A stretch of 30,631 nucleotides of DNA from a virus, in IMG/VR virus record IMGVR_UViG_3300045988_175865, positions 118,001 to 148,631 of that record; one strand, given 5' to 3'. Below, piece by piece: positions 26,295 through 30,631 of the stretch. How positions within the stretch are numbered: position 1 is the first letter of the stretch; each line of letters opens with the position of its first letter. The notes under the pieces are model-generated. The model saw only the letters and a program-made list of their open reading frames with translations, did not search any database and was not told the DNA's origin. Position numbers and translations under genes: made by a program.

Positions 26295-26813
26295 ATGGCT
26301 TGCTTAATAACGCTTAATGGAATTACACTTGATTGCCAGCCTTCGTTAGGTGGTATCAAACGAGTTTGGATTACTCAATATTCAGATGTAAAATCTGTAG
26401 TTGTAGGTGATGACAATATGATTGAAAGTATCACTTTAGAGGGTGAAGCTCAATGGTATGAGTATCAGTTCCGTAAGGCTACTGGTTCTTTAACTTCAAC
26501 TCTGAATGTTGACGAATCCGCAGGAGTTAACTATGTAAGTAATGAGTTAGCTCTTGTATTTACAAAGATGGAAACTGCTAAGAGAATTGAAATTGCAGCT
26601 TTATCGATCGGTCAGCTTGCAGTTGTTGTTGAGGATAGTAATGGTCATTACTGGTTCCTTGGTAAAGATGATTATGTAAGCGCTTCCGCTGGTACGGGTG
26701 TTACTGGTACTGCAAAAGGTGATCAGAATGCTTATACTCTGACTCTCTCTACTGATTCGGATTCTTATCCTTATGAGTTGTCAGCAGAAGCTATTGCTGC
26801 AATAGTTGGATAA
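26295..26813 (+). CDS. Major tail (tube) protein (172 aa)
   Basis: Size, position, and a pattern typical of siphovirus tube proteins (GGIKRVWITQYSDV ... AVVVEDSNGHYWFLGKDD ... DQNAYTLTLS). No TGA. Followed by a strong terminator. Confidence 0.65.
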   Translation: MACLITLNGITLDCQPSLGGIKRVWITQYSDVKSVVVGDDNMIESITLEGEAQWYEYQFRKATGSLTSTLNVDESAGVNYVSNELALVFTKMETAKRIEIAALSIGQLAVVVEDSNGHYWFLGKDDYVSASAGTGVTGTAKGDQNAYTLTLSTDSDSYPYELSAEAIAAIVG

Positions 26814-26820
26814 TCAGATT

Positions 26821-26859
26821 AAGAGCGGGTAATTAATTTTACTCGCTCTTATTTTGTTT
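26821..26859 (+). terminator. Rho-independent terminator after the tail-tube gene
   Basis: AAGAGCGGGTAA / TTACTCGCTCTT forms a 12-bp stem with one G-U pair and loop TTAATT, followed by ATTTTGTTT. Confidence 0.75.
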
Positions 26860-26888
26860 ATAGACATTAATAATAAAAATTATATAAT

Positions 26889-29800
26889 ATGGAAAATCTA
26901 TTACCCTATTTAAATGTACTTGAGGCAGACACTATTACAAGGGATAATGTAAACAAAGCCTTAGTAATAGATAAAGATGATAATATAGCTCTTTTAAATG
27001 GAGAAGATTTAGGAACTAATAATTATCAAGATCTGCAAAATAAGCCAGAAATAAACGGAGTATCTTTAAATGGAAATCTTACTGCAAGTGAGTTAGGATT
27101 AGCATCTACTAGCAATATACCTACTAAAACTAGTCAATTGACTAATGATAGTGGGTATATTACTAGCTTAGATGGATATGCTACAGAGGAATGAGTAAAT
27201 AGTCAAGGATTTGCTACTAATGAATCTGTTACTGAAGGTTTAGCTGAAAAACAAGATAAATTAGTTAAAGGTAATGGAATCAATATATCTGGAAATACTA
27301 TATCTGCTGATTATAGTTCAATAGATAATAAGCCATCTTTAAATGGTAAGACTTTAGAAGTCTCAACGAACATAGTTCCAGCAATACAGGTTCAAGCAAT
27401 ACCTACTAAATTGACTATTACTCCATCTTTAGGTAATCAAACTGGACAAGCAGTTGAACTTCCTGGATATGATACAAATACTAATGCTTCTGGTATTTTA
27501 ACATCTCAAGTATTTGGTATTCTTAATGATAAGTATACTAAAGAAGAAATAGACAATATTAACAGTGCGATTAATACAGCTATTTCTAAAAAACAAGATA
27601 AATTAACAGCAGGAGCTAATATACGAATTGTAGATAACGTTATATCTGCATTTAATAATCATTTATTCTTACATTTAGATGAAAATGATACAGAACATCA
27701 GGCTTATGTATATTCTTTTATTAAGTCTAATTTAGAGTTCTATTTATTTGCTGAGATCACTTACGAAGGCAAAGTAGTAGTTCTTCCTTTAGTTGCTATT
27801 GAAAACAACGAATCGTTAGATTTAAAAGGAATGTATCTTAAAGATGATTCTACAATCGTTGAGGTATCTGCAGTTTTAGTAGCTAATGGTAATATGACTG
27901 TTAAAGTTACTGAGGTTGATCTTACTAATAAAGTATATACTAAAGAAGAAGTAGATGCCAAACTTGAGGAAAAACAAGGAGTATTTGCTCCACAAGCTCC
28001 ATTAGCTTTTAATGAAGATAAATCCCAATTATCTGTAGATTTATCTGGATACCAACCAGTTGGTGATTATGCTTTAAAGAGTGATATTCCAACTAAAGTT
28101 AGTGAGCTTACTAATGATTCTAACTTTGTAACTGAAACAGAGGTTTCTGGAGATTTAGCAGGTAAAGCAGATAAGACTTATGTTGATGAGCAGCTTGCTA
28201 CTAAACAGCCTGTAGGAGATTATGCAACAAAAACAGAACTTGCTGGTAAAGCTGATTCTTCTGTGGTAGAATCTTTATCTACTCAAGTAGCAACTAATAC
28301 TTCAGATATATCAATTATTAAAACAAAACAAGAAGAAGATGGAGATAAGATTGATTCTCTTGATAAAGAGATGGCTACCAAACAGGATACTCTTGTTAGT
28401 GGAGAATCAATTAGAACAATTAACAATCTTTCTTTATTAGGGGAAGGTAATATTAATGTAGGCGATGTTCCTTCTATTACAGTAGAAAATGAACAAATAC
28501 CAAATGAGACAGATTTTAATAGAGTTGCAGAAGCTGCGGCAAATAATAGAGCTGTTTTAATTAGAATTAAAACTACTGAAATGACGTTAACCTCTAATTA
28601 TTGACAGTATACCTCTTCAGAATCTCAGAGAGGCTTTGTTGCTTATGCAACATATTTATCAGAAACTAATAACATAACTCTGACGGCACATATTATAGAA
28701 AATCAACCAGTTATGGTAGAAACTTATGATAAAGAATTACAAGAAGAGTTAGTTTCTGGGACTAATATTAAAACTATTAATGGTACTGCTATACTAGGAT
28801 CAGGTAATATAGACACTCCAGATAGTAAGGTTACTAGTGCTGCTAATCACTATACTCCTGTTGGAGGAAGTGCTACATCTGGAACTATTATAAATTCTAT
28901 TACTAAGGATGAGAAAGGACATATTATAGATATAGGGGTTGCTAATGGTATAGATGCTGGTAAAATTACCTCGGGAGTTATTGATATTGAGAGATTGCCT
29001 AAGGGAGCACTGGAGCGTTTAGTAATAGTTGCAAATAAAGCAGCAAGACTAGCTTTAACCACTGAACAAGTACAAGAAGGCGATACTGTTAAAGAGAAAG
29101 ATACAGGTGTAATGTATTTTGTTATTGATTCTTCTAAATTAAATAGTGAAGATGGCTACTCTATTTATACAGCAGGAGCAGCATCTAGTGTGCCTTGGTC
29201 AGGAGTGACAGGTAAACCTGATTTAGTTAACTCGGTTAAGTTAGTACTGCCAAGTTCCATATTCATTAATTCTGAAAGTACACTTACAGGAAATGCAGAA
29301 TTAGGATCATCTTTAAGTACACAAAACGCTAATACAGTATGAGCAGCTCCAAGTGGCACATCTGGGGTACCAACATTTAGGAAATTAACTTTCCTAGATA
29401 TGAATACAGTAACGTCAGATAAATTTAACTATATACCCCAGACATTTAAAGGAGGAAGGCTAGTAATTAATTATAAAAACTCTGCTGGGGGTCAAAATAC
29501 TGACAACACTATAACAGAATACCAATTTGGAGATGGGGCCAGTAATCTTACATACATAACAGCAAAAGGTTTTAAAACTTCGGAAAATAATGGACACAGG
29601 GTACTATGTTCAAATGGATCTTCCAAATTATTGTATGGACCATCAACTCCTGGAACAGCAGGACAAGTATTAATTTCAAATGGGTCATCAACTCCTGAAT
29701 GGGGAAAAGTACCTATAACTAGTATAGGAGGACCTACTGTTGATACTGCGACTTCTAATACTGTACCATATGGAATTACTTCATATATTGGGGAGTACCG

Positions 29801-30631
29801 TTCTGATAAATTAGCGTTTATAAAGAGCACTGATTTATATGGAGAAATAAGTAAAAACAACGGAGAATTGTGAACTGAAGATCCTAAGGGGAGTAGTAGA
29901 CTTATAAGTTTATTTACTTCACAAGATAATAAGTATGGTCTACAATTAATAGATACAGAAGATGTTAGCACAACCACTCAATATAGACTTACTATAAATA
30001 ATAGTGACAGGTATTGTACTATTGATTGAATATATATATATATGTCTACTAACGGCTCTGGTTATAATTGCTTTATAGAAGCATATAATCCTAGTTCTGA
30101 ATCTTGAGATATAATATCTCAGGATGCTGTTTTACAGGGGTGATCGGGACCTAATTTTAGAGCTTTGACATCTTCTATATATTATAACAATTCCCCAAGT
30201 ACAGCTTCTCAATATTCGAAACTAAGGTTTACATTTTCAACTAGAAGTGTTAGTGAGAACTATAGTGGACAATTGACAGTCTATAGAATTTCTGGATATG
30301 GTACTTATGGCTGGAGAATGCCTAACAATATGTCTAAAGTAGGTCAAATATATTCTTGGGATAATGCTCAAAATGTTTCTTTTCCAGGAAGTGTATCGGC
30401 TTGAAAATTTATCAGTAATGGGGGTACTAGTACTAATGTAACAATGGGAGATGGATCTCTAAAAGATCTTAAAACTAAACAACTAGTTGTAAACGGTACT
30501 ATAAATAATTTTTATTCATCAGATAGTGTTGAGGTTAGACTTTACGCTCCTACTTCAGGTGGTACTAGTGGGCAGATTCTTGTATCTAATGGTAATAATG
30601 CTCCTAACTGAGCATCCTTAGATAGTTTAGG
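26889..30631 (+). CDS. Tail fibre protein (1293 aa in the circular genome; cut by the window end, true stop equals 922-924)
   Basis: Track ORFs 26889, 27411, 28713, 29400 and 30165 are all in one frame, separated only by TGA (27192, 28602, 29340, 29871 and five more). Repeated fibre modules: TKTSQLTNDSGYIT / TKVSELTNDSNFVT, QPVGDYA, LVSGTNIKTINGTAILGSGNI / LVSGESIRTINNLSLLGEGNI, GTAGQVLISNGSSTPEW. Confidence 0.85.
29847..30631. repeat. Second copy of the terminal assembly overlap (equals 1-785)
   Basis: See 1-785. Confidence 0.95.

Noticed and set aside
29492-29977. A 161-aa minus-strand ORF, plus the shorter antisense ORFs at 27761-27961, 28850-29062 and 29165-29359
   Set aside because: All are antisense to the continuous tail-fibre frame. 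The fibre frame carries recognisable repeated fibre motifs; the antisense products do not.
1-30631. Alternative explanations for the in-frame TGA codons: TGA=Gly (table 25), selenocysteine, or pseudogenes/sequencing errors
   Set aside because: - Gly: the TGA positions align with aromatic or Trp positions in recognisable motifs (KYG-W-DNF, R-W, W-x-H, GGY-x-W-x-Y), not Gly positions.
- Selenocysteine: about 60 sites with no recurring downstream hairpin rules this out.
- Decay or error: random damage would also produce TAA, TAG and frameshifts, yet frames persist for more than 1000 codons.
1-30631. A Mollicute (Mycoplasma/Spiroplasma) host, as the obvious table-4 explanation
   Set aside because: The genome encodes a peptidoglycan peptidase endolysin with a holin-like partner. 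It lacks Shine-Dalgarno sequences, uses TTTG/TAnnTTTG promoters and carries BACON-like domains. None of these fits wall-less Mollicutes. This is not fully excluded without a host search.

Overview
This window is a complete tailed-phage genome (siphovirus-like, HK97-type capsid) assembled as a circle. Bases 1-785 are identical to 29847-30631, so the unique sequence is 29,846 bp. The junction lies inside a tail-fibre gene.

The DNA is very AT-rich and cannot be read with the standard bacterial code. About 60 in-frame TGA codons (hand count) interrupt otherwise continuous frames. They fall on conserved Trp positions of recognisable families: GIY-YIG KYG-W-DNF, M15 peptidase W-x-H, and the homing-endonuclease C-terminal GGY-x-W-x-Y. 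Every gene model ends in TAA or TAG. With TGA=Trp (table 4) the genome resolves into about 40 tightly packed genes.

Gene content, in map order:
- Tail fibre: 1293 aa, spanning the junction.
- Portal, connector-like genes and a lysis cassette (membrane protein, holin-like protein, M15 endolysin).
- Leftward operon: SF2 helicase plus three small genes.
- Rightward early operon: includes an HNH endonuclease and a sigma-factor-like pair split into two ORFs.
- TerS and TerL.
- A chaperone-like gene with a T9 slippery run.
- Two very large tail proteins carrying BACON/Ig-like repeats.
- Tape measure, XkdF-like protease, scaffold, major capsid protein and tail tube.
- Homing endonucleases: four GIY-YIG genes (one degenerate) and one HNH gene, lying between essential genes.

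Notable points:
- No suppressor tRNA or other decoding factor is visible, although host-type signals point to a walled, Bacteroidota-like host.
- Trp codon usage is strongly bimodal. The capsid and tail-tube module is TGA-free, while the lysis, fibre and endonuclease genes are TGA-rich.
- Four promoters share an identical architecture: TTTGGA(A/G)A, 20 nt, TAnnTTTG.
- A separate 19-nt motif, GTGAGTAAAAAACTTGACA, occurs four times at late-module boundaries.
- The order of the morphogenesis modules is non-canonical.

No integrase, repressor, CRISPR array, rRNA or tRNA was recognised. All family assignments are by-eye motif recognition; no searches were run.
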